64,000 nt of DNA from an uncultured virus (IMG/VR IMGVR_UViG_3300007963_000001) (IMGVR_UViG_3300007963_000001); one strand, 5' to 3'; positions 48,441 through 58,705 are shown, counted from the stretch's first letter. Made by a program: numbers and translations. The notes: generated by a model not told the origin, from the letters alone.

Positions 48441-49508
48441 TCAGACTGTGTTGATTCCGTTGAATCTGCACACTGCATCGGTGTATCGAATACCGAATGC
48501 GATGTCCTGTCGTGGAATCAAAACGAACCTGTCCTTTGTAGGCTCGTCATGGAAGTCTATGCTGAATCTGCGGTCTGCGATGGTTGGGTTTCCAATCATC
48601 GGACTTCGTGTGTGAAGTAGCAGAGCAGTAGTCTTGGTGTGAACATTTGAACCACCAGTTGCCTTGTGAGTTCCATCCCAGTGTAGGTTGGTTGCGATAG
48701 CAGATGTTGCGAATACTCTGATTCCGTAAATCTTGCCGACCTCGCCGCTTAGGATGGTTGCCCCACCGCCGTATTTATCGACAGTTTGTAGTTGCTCGAT
48801 TCCGAGAAGTTGAACCTCAAGGTTGCGAGGCACAATCATTGCAAGGTCATCTCGATTCTCAGCATATACGCCGAGTTCGTCAATTGCCTCACGGACATGG
48901 GATAGTGCGAAAGTTCCGCTTACGAGAACTGACTTGCCAGCAGACTTTCGTAGCCCATCGAACATCAGTAGGTAATCGTTGGTTGTTGCATTCACACCAG
49001 TTGCATTGGTGGATGCGTGATAGATGCCGTTGATGTTATCTCCGTAGGAACTTCCAGTAGCGGTATCACCGTTGATTAGTAGGGATTGCTCGTTGTATGC
49101 AAGACGGCTTGCGATGTCGTCACGGATGACGGACAATAGACCCTCAACGCCGTATGCGATTAGGTAGTTTCCTACTGGCACATTGGCAATCATGGTCTTG
49201 AGATTCATAACAAGTTCTCCAGTGGTCTGAGAGGACTCTGCTTGGGCAGTTCCGGCCTCAGTATCGGAGAGTGTCTGCTCATGGAAAGCGACTGAACCAG
49301 TTAGGCTCGGCACATTCACAGTCTTGCGTGACATTGGGAGTGCTGGAAAGAGTCCTCGCATGAAGTTTCTCTCATAGACAATCTCAATTATCTCATCGGC
49401 GGTTTCGGTTGGTAGCATTGTGCCGCCAGCAGAGGATGAAGCACCAGCAAGGGCGTTCTTAACTCTCTCAACGACATCATTAAAATCTGCTTCTTCTGAC
49501 ATTTTCAA
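48441..49508 (-). CDS. Major capsid protein (HK97 fold)
   Basis: GGTMLPTETADEII, E.SLLINGD, GKIYGIRV; follows the protease. Confidence 0.92.
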   Translation of the reverse strand: MKMSEEADFNDVVERVKNALAGASSSAGGTMLPTETADEIIEIVYERNFMRGLFPALPMSRKTVNVPSLTGSVAFHEQTLSDTEAGTAQAESSQTTGELVMNLKTMIANVPVGNYLIAYGVEGLLSVIRDDIASRLAYNEQSLLINGDTATGSSYGDNINGIYHASTNATGVNATTNDYLLMFDGLRKSAGKSVLVSGTFALSHVREAIDELGVYAENRDDLAMIVPRNLEVQLLGIEQLQTVDKYGGGATILSGEVGKIYGIRVFATSAIATNLHWDGTHKATGGSNVHTKTTALLLHTRSPMIGNPTIADRRFSIDFHDEPTKDRFVLIPRQDIAFGIRYTDAVCRFNGINTV

Positions 49509-49542
49509 TTCCTCATTTTTTTGTTTTTGACGACCTTCTTCC

Positions 49543-50094
49543 TCACCTTGATGTTAAGTTGGACTCAAGCCATGAAGCCAGTCCATTCATTCCCTTCGTC
49601 ATGTGTGGTTGTGGGTCGAATCGTGTGACATCAGAGGTCTTTTCCTCTGATACTGGTATAGACTTGCGCTCAGGTGTGGAATCAATACCAACCTCTGCAA
49701 GTTTGTCTGCAACTCTCTTGGCTACTTCTGCCTCAAGTGCTTCCTCTGCTTCCCTGTCAGCCTTCTCTGTTTTCAGAGCATCTAACTCTGCCTTTAGGGA
49801 TGTAAGTTCGTCATCTGAATCGTCAACAATTTCCTCGTCAACAACTTCTGATTTCTGCATCATGTCAAGAGTTTCCATAATGGTCTTGAGGGCTGATGCG
49901 ACCTCGATAAGAGCCTCTCTTGGAGAAGGCATTGGAACTTCCTCAGTTTCCTCAACAGTCTTTTCCTCAACTGCCTCTATCTCGGTTGTCTGTTCGACAA
50001 CATCTTCCATAACTTCGGGAGTGTCGAGAACTGCGGTTTCTTCCTCAGTTGCAACTGCATCTTCGGTGATGATGTCCATATCTTCGGAGGTCAT
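49543..50094 (-). CDS. Nested in-frame scaffolding protein
   Basis: MTSEDMDII... preceded by an internal class-III promoter at 50116-50134. Confidence 0.65.
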   Translation of the reverse strand: MTSEDMDIITEDAVATEEETAVLDTPEVMEDVVEQTTEIEAVEEKTVEETEEVPMPSPREALIEVASALKTIMETLDMMQKSEVVDEEIVDDSDDELTSLKAELDALKTEKADREAEEALEAEVAKRVADKLAEVGIDSTPERKSIPVSEEKTSDVTRFDPQPHMTKGMNGLASWLESNLTSR

Positions 50095-51246
50095 TGAACT
50101 AACGGATGAATCGAGGGGGATATTAACTGAATCGCCTGAATCAATTTTATTCTCAATGGATTCCAACCTGTCTAAAATGGTTGAAATTGATTTGTATTCG
50201 TCATCTTCTGTGTCAGAATACCCTACTTCTTCCGGCATATCTCCAGTATCGACATCTATTCCTTCCCACTCATCAGACTTGCCATAGACAACTGTGATGT
50301 ATTGGTCATCTTCTTCGATGCGAACTATGTGTTTCTCGGTAGCATCGAATCCGAGTTTGGAACTGTGACCATCAGCAGGTTCTTCATCGCAACAATCTCC
50401 ACCGCAGTTGCAATCATGTGTGTCGAGTCCGACACGCACAGACTTCTGAACTGAGAACAGAGCATCGGGGCTTGCTGGAACATCGACCACAGAAGTTTCG
50501 ACCCAATCAATCTCGGTGAACTTCATGTAGCAACTGTCGTCATCTGCACATTCCTTGACTGCCGCTTTTGCAATGAATCCGATTGAGAACGCTTTGAGCA
50601 TTCCCTTTCGTATCTTGCGCGTGATGTCTTTCTCGCCACCATCAATTACTGCACTTCCCATCGGCATAGAAACACCGTTGACTTCTTCCATAGTCACATC
50701 AGTCATTCGACCAATAACACCGTATGTTTTGGAGTGGTTGTATAGTATGACTGGGTTCTTGGAATACTTCTCCCAAGCAGTCATGATTGCCTTTGCTTCA
50801 ACTAACTCTCCATGCCTGTCGAGCATATCATCTCCACCGACATAAACTGCGCCACGAATCTTCACATCATCTGCATCAGATGGTTGAACTGCCTTATCGA
50901 CTTTGAAGGGTGTGATAATCCTGTAATGAATCTCAACGGGCATTGACTTTCCAGCCTTAGATTCAAATGTATTATCCTCAACTATGGTTGCATCATCAAT
51001 ATCGAAAGTCTTGGACATATCTCCTTCCTCAGAAGTGATGGTTCTTGACTGATTCGCTTTTGCATCCCCACACGCATTGTTGCACATTGAATAGGCCATT
51101 GCGATTGCTTGTTTGCTGGGTGTCTGAGGTTTCTCAGTCATGATATCGGCTATCTTTCTCTCGACACATTCCTCAAACTTCTCATCTTCCATTCTGCATG
51201 GTGGACTCTTGATTGGAGTTGCGTCATCTGATGGTTCTTTTGGCAC
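49543..51246 (-). CDS. Prohead protease fused to an acidic coiled-coil scaffold
   Basis: DRHGE, PVILYNH, FSIGF, ETSVVDVPASP. Confidence 0.92.
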   Translation of the reverse strand: MPKEPSDDATPIKSPPCRMEDEKFEECVERKIADIMTEKPQTPSKQAIAMAYSMCNNACGDAKANQSRTITSEEGDMSKTFDIDDATIVEDNTFESKAGKSMPVEIHYRIITPFKVDKAVQPSDADDVKIRGAVYVGGDDMLDRHGELVEAKAIMTAWEKYSKNPVILYNHSKTYGVIGRMTDVTMEEVNGVSMPMGSAVIDGGEKDITRKIRKGMLKAFSIGFIAKAAVKECADDDSCYMKFTEIDWVETSVVDVPASPDALFSVQKSVRVGLDTHDCNCGGDCCDEEPADGHSSKLGFDATEKHIVRIEEDDQYITVVYGKSDEWEGIDVDTGDMPEEVGYSDTEDDEYKSISTILDRLESIENKIDSGDSVNIPLDSSVSSMTSEDMDIITEDAVATEEETAVLDTPEVMEDVVEQTTEIEAVEEKTVEETEEVPMPSPREALIEVASALKTIMETLDMMQKSEVVDEEIVDDSDDELTSLKAELDALKTEKADREAEEALEAEVAKRVADKLAEVGIDSTPERKSIPVSEEKTSDVTRFDPQPHMTKGMNGLASWLESNLTSR

Positions 51247-51488
51247 TACCTATCCCCCCTCAACATCATGTCCAATTTGGTTTTGATTTCAGCAAGTTGG
51301 ACTTTCACATCTTGCATATCTTCTTTGGCTTTCCGATGGTGTGCGCCAAACTCATTCTTCACTTCATAGAGAGCGAATACCATGAATCGGTATAATGCGT
51401 AAATCGACCCCAAAAGCAAGACCAGTGGCAATCCATAATCTTCCACCATAGATAGTGCGGAGAGAGCATCAGTCAAACTTCCCACCAT
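51246..51488 (-). CDS. Small membrane protein (holin-like)
   Basis: YGLPLVLLLGSIYALYRFMVFALY TM segment plus coiled coil. Confidence 0.65.
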   Translation of the reverse strand: MVGSLTDALSALSMVEDYGLPLVLLLGSIYALYRFMVFALYEVKNEFGAHHRKAKEDMQDVKVQLAEIKTKLDMMLRGDR

Positions 51489-51498
51489 CCATGATAAA

Positions 51499-51915
51499 TC
51501 ACAAAAACCCGTAGTGTTTCTTGTATGCCGCCAGTGAGATTTCCAACTCTCTCTTGATGTCTTTTCTCGATGCACCCATTTCTTCTAACAACGCGGGTCG
51601 GAGATATGGTTTTGCTGGAAATGGTGCGCGACTGAATCTTCCGAACTCAATCACTTTGGCATAATCGACATTCGTTCCACCGCCACCGAATGCAACAATT
51701 CTCTGTGTTGGTGTGAAGCCCATTTCGACTCGACCACTCGCCCGAAGCGCACCAGTATCGACCACAACTCTGTTCTTTGCATTAACCAAAATCCGGTTAG
51801 CCAAAATATCAACAAATCGCAATGTTGTTTTGGTTTTCATTGTCTTGCTTCCGCGCATTAAATCGGCGGCAAACTTGGAGAATGGATTGCCCCCTTTACT
51901 CGCCATTATTCTCAC
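51499..51915 (-). CDS. HK97 gp10-like neck protein
   Basis: VDTGALRAS...YAKVIEFG...AKPYLRPA. Confidence 0.88.
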   Translation of the reverse strand: MRIMASKGGNPFSKFAADLMRGSKTMKTKTTLRFVDILANRILVNAKNRVVVDTGALRASGRVEMGFTPTQRIVAFGGGGTNVDYAKVIEFGRFSRAPFPAKPYLRPALLEEMGASRKDIKRELEISLAAYKKHYGFL

Positions 51916-54365
51916 ACCAACAGATTATCTTCTGCACCCTCAACATCCGGTCTGAGAATCTCATCATCGGGTATTGGTGCAACTGGTGATACTTCGTCTG
52001 ACGGTTCGTATGCAACAAAATCACAACGACAGTTTGGATGGGCTGGCAGAACTCCACCAGCCTTGTCAAGTCGATACACCGCATTCTCAAATGGAACACA
52101 AGTATCTTTGTCGGTCACGGTGTCAATTGTGACCAATCTTTGCACTTGTTTGAATCCAACTTTCTTCATTCCTGAAAGATGTGCATTCACAACAACCCTG
52201 CGTGTTTCAGTTCGTGCAATTCTATCGTAGTAGTAGCGAGGGAATGCCTTGCCAGTTGGGTCGATTCGATATCTCATGTTCCTTGATACCCATTGCCAAT
52301 TTTGGTTCTCAGCAATTGCCTGTTGGAATACGGTCATTACCTCTTTTCTGTATGCCCCAAGTGTATTCCTCAACGCCGGAACTCTCCATTGAGCATTCCA
52401 ATATCTCATTGCTTCTGCATCTTGCAAATCAAACGATATTCCAACGCCTGTCGCCGCCGCCATCGCCGCTAATGTGCTGTCGAATCCGACAGTCAAAGAT
52501 GTGGAAGCGGCAACGGTTTGTTTGTCGAGAAGTTCCTGTAATTCTCTATCGAGTAAATCAACCATCCAAACCAACTCATCTCCACCAACTGCTTTGGTGA
52601 TTTTTCCATCCATAGAACCTGTCGGCCTCGACACATCTCCAAGTGAATACTCAAACACATCGTTGGGGTTGATTCGCTCAGAGATTCTTTCGATTAGCCT
52701 GTCAGAGAACTCTTGTTGATTTTGGAAAAACTTCTTCTCAGTTTCTCTTGTTGTTGACCTCTCAATTCTGTCGTATTGAGTTTGGCTCGCATCAGTTATT
52801 TTTTTTTTCATCTCTTGAAGTTCTTCCACCGAGTAAGTGACCTCAGATTCAGGCTCACTAAACTTCGGCATTTCCAATTCCTCGTCATCGTCATGGTCAT
52901 CCATCGGATTCGGGAATAATTCATCCAAACCTATCGTGTCGGAATCGACATCATCTTCTGTGTCATGTGGTTGATTGATTGAGAGTTTTGGACTGATGAA
53001 GAATGGGTCGTTTGCATCTGCTTCCTGAATTAGTGGGAAGCCCAAGATTTCTCTTGCTTCGTTGATTGAAATTGCACCCTCTTGTCTGAGTGTTGCAAGT
53101 GCCTGAGCCTGAGCCTTGAGAGTTTCTGCTCGCTCTGTTTCTCTCGATGGTCTGATACTGATGAACTTGAACTTCCAATCAGTAATTCCGAGCAATGGAA
53201 GAATGCGATTATTCATCATTGAGGATAGTCTTGAATGATATGATTCGATAACATCATACCAAGCATCCAATTGTTGCTCAGGATTTGCTAACTTACCTGT
53301 CTGAACCCATCCTAATTTCATTGGTGGGATTCCGAATACCGCACAGATTTCTTCTCGGTAGTAATAGAGTAAATCGAGTTGCGCCCCCTCTCTCGTTGAG
53401 TCAATCAATCGGTGCATATTGAATCCAGTTCCACCGTTTATTGCAATCAGTCCAAATGGTGATTTTCCGCCTGAGAGTTGTTGCTCGATAAGACCCAACA
53501 TTGACTTCATTTCACTGTTGGAAATATCACCAACATTCAGGATGGTTTTGGGCAGAGTTCCAGTGTAAAGCATATTGAGATAATTAGACAGATTCAACTG
53601 CCCTGCAATAATCTCCATGAGAGGAATCAACGGACTTGAACCGTAGCCCCTTCCTTGTCTAAACTTGGAGATGTGAATTACCTTGTTTGCATCGAACTTT
53701 CTTGTGTTCTTGTCAATGGTCTGAACATACGCCATCTTAGGGGGCTTCGGAGTCTGATTTGCTGGAACGAGTTTCATGGATTCTGCTGGTATAGTCCAAA
53801 TTGCTTGAAGGTCGCCACCATATACCCAATCTTCACCATTTACAGACGATTTGTCGGCACTTCCATCGAGTTCCAAGTAGGCATCCCCAAAGAGGATTAA
53901 ATCGAACAGAAGCGACTCCAGCCACTCATCACCCATATCATCAGGATTGGGTCGTTGAAAGAACTCACGAATCTTATCCAATTGCTCTTGGCTTCCATCC
54001 TCTTTTCCTTCTGCAAGAATGAAATGATATCCATTCGCCAATGTGTCATCAACACACCTACGAAGAATTGCATTGACCACCTCTGATTTCAGTGAAATCT
54101 GCCTGAGAAGATTGTATGAAACTTGGGTGTCTGCACCCGTCTTAGATTGCCTACCAACAGTGGTCGCCATTCCTATCTTTGATAGTGATGCTAATGTCTT
54201 TCCATCCCATACCATATCTTGCCCATTTACATCGGCCTTCCCATTGATTAAATCAGACAATTTCTGAGCATCAGATGGGTCGGCTCGCCTTCTCAAAAGA
54301 CGGTCAAGAAAACTGCGCTGACGCTCTGCCATGCTCAGTCGTGTTGCTTTCCGGTTTTTCACCAT
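51912..54365 (-). CDS. Portal protein fused to a MuF/SPP1 gp7-like domain
   Basis: GYGSSPL, EICAVFGIPP, SINEARE; C-terminal RIARTET, PAHPNCRC. Confidence 0.92.
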   Translation of the reverse strand: MVKNRKATRLSMAERQRSFLDRLLRRRADPSDAQKLSDLINGKADVNGQDMVWDGKTLASLSKIGMATTVGRQSKTGADTQVSYNLLRQISLKSEVVNAILRRCVDDTLANGYHFILAEGKEDGSQEQLDKIREFFQRPNPDDMGDEWLESLLFDLILFGDAYLELDGSADKSSVNGEDWVYGGDLQAIWTIPAESMKLVPANQTPKPPKMAYVQTIDKNTRKFDANKVIHISKFRQGRGYGSSPLIPLMEIIAGQLNLSNYLNMLYTGTLPKTILNVGDISNSEMKSMLGLIEQQLSGGKSPFGLIAINGGTGFNMHRLIDSTREGAQLDLLYYYREEICAVFGIPPMKLGWVQTGKLANPEQQLDAWYDVIESYHSRLSSMMNNRILPLLGITDWKFKFISIRPSRETERAETLKAQAQALATLRQEGAISINEAREILGFPLIQEADANDPFFISPKLSINQPHDTEDDVDSDTIGLDELFPNPMDDHDDDEELEMPKFSEPESEVTYSVEELQEMKKKITDASQTQYDRIERSTTRETEKKFFQNQQEFSDRLIERISERINPNDVFEYSLGDVSRPTGSMDGKITKAVGGDELVWMVDLLDRELQELLDKQTVAASTSLTVGFDSTLAAMAAATGVGISFDLQDAEAMRYWNAQWRVPALRNTLGAYRKEVMTVFQQAIAENQNWQWVSRNMRYRIDPTGKAFPRYYYDRIARTETRRVVVNAHLSGMKKVGFKQVQRLVTIDTVTDKDTCVPFENAVYRLDKAGGVLPAHPNCRCDFVAYEPSDEVSPVAPIPDDEILRPDVEGAEDNLLV

Positions 54366-54448
54366 ACCCCATCATGGAAGTTTATCGGGATTCAGGAACA
54401 TGAAGGAAAGAATGAACAGTGCGATGACTAAACAACACGCTTCATCCA

Positions 54449-55288
54449 TCAGACTTCAATCCCAAACCAGTTCACTGCTTGGGTATATTCACCATGAATC
54501 TCAAAGGTTGCAAAGATGTCATATTTGCCAGTTCCAATCAACCCGTCTGTTAGATTCACATAATCCCAATCTTGGTAATATGTTTCGTAGGTCAACTGAT
54601 TTTGCAACCCTGTCCAGTTGCCACTTTCATTGTGATAAATTGTCCAAATCACTGTGAGATTGTGTGGCTCATCATCACACGCCAAATCAGCATCCCATGT
54701 GAAAAGGAATGTTTCGTTATCGTATTCCCACCATGCATCATACATGATTGGGTCACATGATTCCGCCTCATCGGGGGGATATTCACAAGAGCCGTCATCG
54801 TTGTCTGCATAAGGGTCGTAATTGGTTGCTTCATCATCGGTGCAACCCCATGTTTCTTCTTCTTCCTCAAACTCGCATGAGCCGTCATCTTCCCATGCTT
54901 CTTCATCATAATTCAAGGCATCTTCATCGGTGCAACCATAGATGATTTCCGGTTCTTCACAACTATCCGTTTCTTCACAATCTTCGGGTTCATCTTCGGG
55001 TTCATCTGAACCATCTCGACAGTTCTTGTAGCCGTCATCAACAAGTGATGCTTGGATGGTCGAACCATCACCACAGGTGAAGTCATCTTCCCACTCCCAA
55101 TCATCATCTCCAACCCACTCATCATCTCCATTCCCCATTGGTGTGAAATCAACAATTCCAATCGCTTCTGCGGCTGGTAAGATGAGAGCAATAATCGAGG
55201 CTAATGTGATAATCAGTTGACGAAGTTCCGTAGCCCTTTCATTTACGACTTCAATGATTGAATCTGCTTCCTCTTGAGTCAATGTCAT
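54449..55288 (-). CDS. Membrane-anchored acidic protein with LDLa-like and GCTD repeats
   Basis: TM helix; FTCGDG...DG..NCRDGSDE; two GCTD..A.NYD..A..DDGSC repeats. Confidence 0.8.
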   Translation of the reverse strand: MTLTQEEADSIIEVVNERATELRQLIITLASIIALILPAAEAIGIVDFTPMGNGDDEWVGDDDWEWEDDFTCGDGSTIQASLVDDGYKNCRDGSDEPEDEPEDCEETDSCEEPEIIYGCTDEDALNYDEEAWEDDGSCEFEEEEETWGCTDDEATNYDPYADNDDGSCEYPPDEAESCDPIMYDAWWEYDNETFLFTWDADLACDDEPHNLTVIWTIYHNESGNWTGLQNQLTYETYYQDWDYVNLTDGLIGTGKYDIFATFEIHGEYTQAVNWFGIEV

Positions 55289-55337
55289 TCTCTCCTACTC
55301 CACTCCATTCAGAGGCGAGGATATTGACGGTATCGGA

Positions 55338-55586
55338 TTACAACATCATTGGTATTCCAACACTGGCTGAAACGGCGGCAACGAACAGAACCATCATCTT
55401 CTGATTCCACTGCTCAACAAACTTCTCAACTGGTTCTAATCGAGTTCTAACAACGGCCATCGTAGTTCTGAGATTAGCCATATCTTTTTCGATATGTGCA
55501 AGATGGTTTTCCTTGATTGATGAAATGTCATCTCTCATTTGATTCATGGATTCTCTCAAGTGTTTGAGTTCGTCTGAATCCGTCAA
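55338..55586 (-). CDS. Coiled-coil protein with C-terminal TM (XhlA/holin-like)
   Basis: IKENHLAHIEKDM...; hydrophobic C-terminus. Confidence 0.7.
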   Translation of the reverse strand: MTDSDELKHLRESMNQMRDDISSIKENHLAHIEKDMANLRTTMAVVRTRLEPVEKFVEQWNQKMMVLFVAAVSASVGIPMML

Positions 55587-55608
55587 AAAAATCCCTCACC
55601 ATTTTCAA

Positions 55609-55944
55609 TTATGCCGTGTCGGTTTCGACAGGTGCTTGGTCTGCTTCTGCAAGTCTTGCAATTAACTCAGCCTTAGTTCCTGATGTTGGTAGCCCCTTCG
55701 CTTTGCAAAGTTCAACTAACTCCGCCTTCTTCTTGGCTTCCATCCCATCAACAACATCTTCAACTGCGTCTGCAACATCGTCTATTTTCGACTCGCTCTC
55801 TGTCAAAGTATCAATGACTTCATCAAGACTGATTTTACCATCAGCCATGATGGTCTTGTATTTCTTCAATCCCCAAACTACGAGTCCGAGTATAGCGGCC
55901 AAAGCCACAATCCAAAGTTCCATTTCAACGCCCATTATTTCCAT
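55609..55944 (-). CDS. Membrane-anchored SAP-domain protein
   Basis: N-terminal TM; KKAELVELCKAKGLPTSGTKAELIARL. Confidence 0.8.
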   Translation of the reverse strand: MEIMGVEMELWIVALAAILGLVVWGLKKYKTIMADGKISLDEVIDTLTESESKIDDVADAVEDVVDGMEAKKKAELVELCKAKGLPTSGTKAELIARLAEADQAPVETDTA

Positions 55945-55948
55945 TTAT

Positions 55949-56419
55949 TCACACTCCTTTTTTTCCTTTCTTGGTGTTGTATTCATCCATGTCCAAATCA
56001 TGCTTCTGCCTTAGTGCGGCTTGCTCATGTTCGTGAGTAATTCTGACCATCTCCAACTCCTTTCCATGAAGTAAGAATGCAGATGAGTTTTGGAGTTCGG
56101 ATTCAATACGATTTGGCAACGCCCCTAACTCTGCGGCTTGCTCTCCCTTCCATGACTCTAAGACCGAGTTCATGAATAGCAATGCGGGTGAACCAACGAT
56201 GGCAATTAGAGCCACATAGAAATCGAGATTATCTTGCACCTGTCCTGTGTCATCTTGGATTCCTGAATAGATGACATAACAAGCAAAACCAAGCCAACTC
56301 AGAATCAATGGAACACCGAGAACTAACAACATCATGTCGTTGAATGTGAATGGTTTCTTTGGTCGATTTGGCGGCTTGTTTGGGGAGTCTGTAAGAGCCA
56401 TGCTAACACCTTGATTCAA
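55949..56419 (-). CDS. Two-TM membrane protein
   Basis: Two hydrophobic helices and a charged tail. Confidence 0.75.
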   Translation of the reverse strand: MNQGVSMALTDSPNKPPNRPKKPFTFNDMMLLVLGVPLILSWLGFACYVIYSGIQDDTGQVQDNLDFYVALIAIVGSPALLFMNSVLESWKGEQAAELGALPNRIESELQNSSAFLLHGKELEMVRITHEHEQAALRQKHDLDMDEYNTKKGKKGV

Positions 56420-56557
56420 AATCTGTTGAGTTGAGGGTCTTTACCATTTCGTAATTTGACGGGATATATCCAACGAATCTCAAACATATTCCATTGATAT
56501 CCATAGGATAGTCAGATTAGGAAGTATTGATAAGCAAATGCTTAGTGGCTCTGAGTA

Positions 56558-56725
56558 ATGTCGACCATCCTAACATGGGCAAAAGCAATACGAGCAATAT
56601 GGAATGCACCTCTCCGAAAGGAGATGCTACGCAACGGAGAGTTCATCGCTTCCCATCTGCAAATGATAGTTCCTCACCTGATAACACTGGACATCGTAGT
56701 GGACTTCCTAATGGGGGTTTTCTGA
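56558..56725 (+). CDS. 55-aa hypothetical protein (not in track)
   Basis: MSTILTWAKAIRAIWNAPLRK...; TAGTCAGA and ATTGATAA upstream. Confidence 0.55.
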   Translation: MSTILTWAKAIRAIWNAPLRKEMLRNGEFIASHLQMIVPHLITLDIVVDFLMGVF

Positions 56726-56863
56726 ATGCAATATGAACGATGGGTATGTGGCGGAATCTATTACGGTGCAAACCGTGATGGAACACAGAGAACTGAGCCA
56801 CGATGTATCTGCACCAAGAATTGCACACCAACTCCCTATGACTGGGAAGCACACAGGAGATGA
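56726..56863 (+). CDS. 45-aa Cys-rich protein (not in track)
   Basis: MQYERWVCGG...CICTKNC...; abuts the upstream stop, ATGA overlap with the next gene. Confidence 0.55.
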   Translation: MQYERWVCGGIYYGANRDGTQRTEPRCICTKNCTPTPYDWEAHRR

Positions 56864-58008
56864 AAAATATGGGTTATTACAACAGAAGGAAACAATCAAC
56901 GAGAGTAGCACTGGAAAGACAAATCAAGCGGCTTCCGACTTCGGAATATCCGCGCATTATGCTGATAAATCCAGCACGAACTGGTCGATGGAATGAATAC
57001 ATTCCATGCCCTGATTCAACTAAGCCAGTTGAGGGATATTCCGTATATCACAATAGCCCACAAAATGCGGCAAATGATTTTGCCGCTAAAGCAGGTATTT
57101 CGATTGAAGAAGTTCGTCAAGTTTTGGCTGATGGCTACGCTCAGATAGATGTCCACGAAAATAGCATCAGAGGATGGTGCAATGATGCTGATGCAGACTC
57201 AGTTCGCCGCATGGCATGGAAGATGCACACATGGAGTCACTGTGGTTGCAAGCGATGTCTTTCAACAGGCACAAGTCGCATGACTACGGAAGGCAAGGCT
57301 CGCCAGCGCGACCTCGACAACAACGGTTGCAAGGCTTGCAATGGAACTGGAATACTTTCCAAGTGGTCAACCACGAACACTGGACTTCTCCGATGGTCAT
57401 TCCCTGCGTCATGGACTAAGAGCGAATGCACCAACTTCTTGCAAGCCAAGATTGACCGAGCAGAGTCAATCAGGGTTGGGAAGGCAAATGCAAAGGAAGC
57501 ACGAAGGGTTGCTAAGATTGCAGATGCTTTGGCTACCAACGACAGAATGATGATTGTCGAAACTGGTTGCACCCTTGAGGAAATCAAGACGGCTTGCCCT
57601 AACAATTCCTTCATCCGAGATGTCTGTGAGAAGGGCATGAATGGGGTCGTTCTATCCCTAAAGCAATTGGAAGCATTGGGCAAGTCCTACGAGCGTCAAA
57701 TGGGCATGAATGATGCAAACGAGGAATACAAGAAAACTGCGTCAGAAGTTCCAAGTGGCCGACACGAAGTAGTCGGTGAAGTTCTATCTGTAAAGTGGAA
57801 GGATTCTCACTATGGCGGGGCTTACAAAGCAGTCGTCAAGACCTCTGACTACAAGGTGTATGGAACAGTGCCTTCTGCACTTGTGAAGATATGTGGCGGC
57901 GACCCATCTATGCTGGTTGGAAGCACCATCAAGTTCACCGCAACTCTAACCCCAAAGGAAGTTGGATTCGGGTTCTATTCCCGCCCAACAAATGCAGTTG
58001 AACTATGA
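56860..58008 (+). CDS. Zinc-ribbon protein with C-terminal OB fold
   Basis: CKRC, CKACNGTG; GEVLSVKW...KVYGTVP...FGFYSRPT. Confidence 0.75.
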   Translation: MKNMGYYNRRKQSTRVALERQIKRLPTSEYPRIMLINPARTGRWNEYIPCPDSTKPVEGYSVYHNSPQNAANDFAAKAGISIEEVRQVLADGYAQIDVHENSIRGWCNDADADSVRRMAWKMHTWSHCGCKRCLSTGTSRMTTEGKARQRDLDNNGCKACNGTGILSKWSTTNTGLLRWSFPASWTKSECTNFLQAKIDRAESIRVGKANAKEARRVAKIADALATNDRMMIVETGCTLEEIKTACPNNSFIRDVCEKGMNGVVLSLKQLEALGKSYERQMGMNDANEEYKKTASEVPSGRHEVVGEVLSVKWKDSHYGGAYKAVVKTSDYKVYGTVPSALVKICGGDPSMLVGSTIKFTATLTPKEVGFGFYSRPTNAVEL

Positions 58009-58030
58009 TTACTGAATAACGAAACAAACT

Positions 58031-58065
58031 GGGGGGATGGCTTCGGCCATCTCCCCTTTTTTTTT
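58031..58065 (+). terminator. CTTCGG-loop hairpin plus T-tract
   Basis: ggggggatgg-cttcgg-ccatctcccc-T9. Confidence 0.82.
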
Positions 58066-58145
58066 GTTTTCAAATCTCAATCGAAAACAAATCCAAATCC
58101 AAATCCAAAACTATCCAATGTTCCGTGTCGGATTCGACAGATGCA

Positions 58146-58235
58146 AATAGAGCCAATCTGAGCGTCTTTCTTCCATCGGAGGTAGTTTGAGATACCTGAA
58201 TCAAAAGAGTGGCTCAGAACGATTCTATTGATATC
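58146..58235. repeat. Dispersed ~90-bp element, copy 4
   Basis: aatagagccaatctgagc...gctcagaacgattctattgatatc. Confidence 0.75.
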
Positions 58236-58333
58236 AGAATTGACTAATTTGAAAGGAATAGTCAGAATAGGAGTATTGATATGTGGATGGCCTCTCCCCG
58301 AACCAATAGCCTACACACCGGAGATGACGAAAA

Positions 58334-58705
58334 ATGAACATTTACTACAACCGAAACCCATTCTGCCAGCAAACGACCATCACAGTAGCAGGTCTGAGCC
58401 GAACACACGCTCGACTACCTGATGCTGTGTATGCTGATTTCCAAATCAGCCATGTGAACCGATGTGTTCGCTGGGGAACTGTCGATGCCCTATCCGAAGG
58501 GTTAGATGCAATATACACAGTCATGAACTCATACACAAGCAACCCACTATCAAACGGGTATTTGGATGAGTTCAACCCAATGGCAAGCCTACAAACATGG
58601 GTTCGTGGCGAGCGACTTCACACATCAATGTCCGTTGGAGATGTTGTCGAGTTTGAGGGAACTTACTACCTCTGCGCTGACTTCGGCTGGACAGTTCTGA
58701 ACTGA
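58334..58705 (+). CDS. YodL-like domain protein
   Basis: HTSMSVGDVV...YYLCADFGW. Confidence 0.75.
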   Translation: MNIYYNRNPFCQQTTITVAGLSRTHARLPDAVYADFQISHVNRCVRWGTVDALSEGLDAIYTVMNSYTSNPLSNGYLDEFNPMASLQTWVRGERLHTSMSVGDVVEFEGTYYLCADFGWTVLN

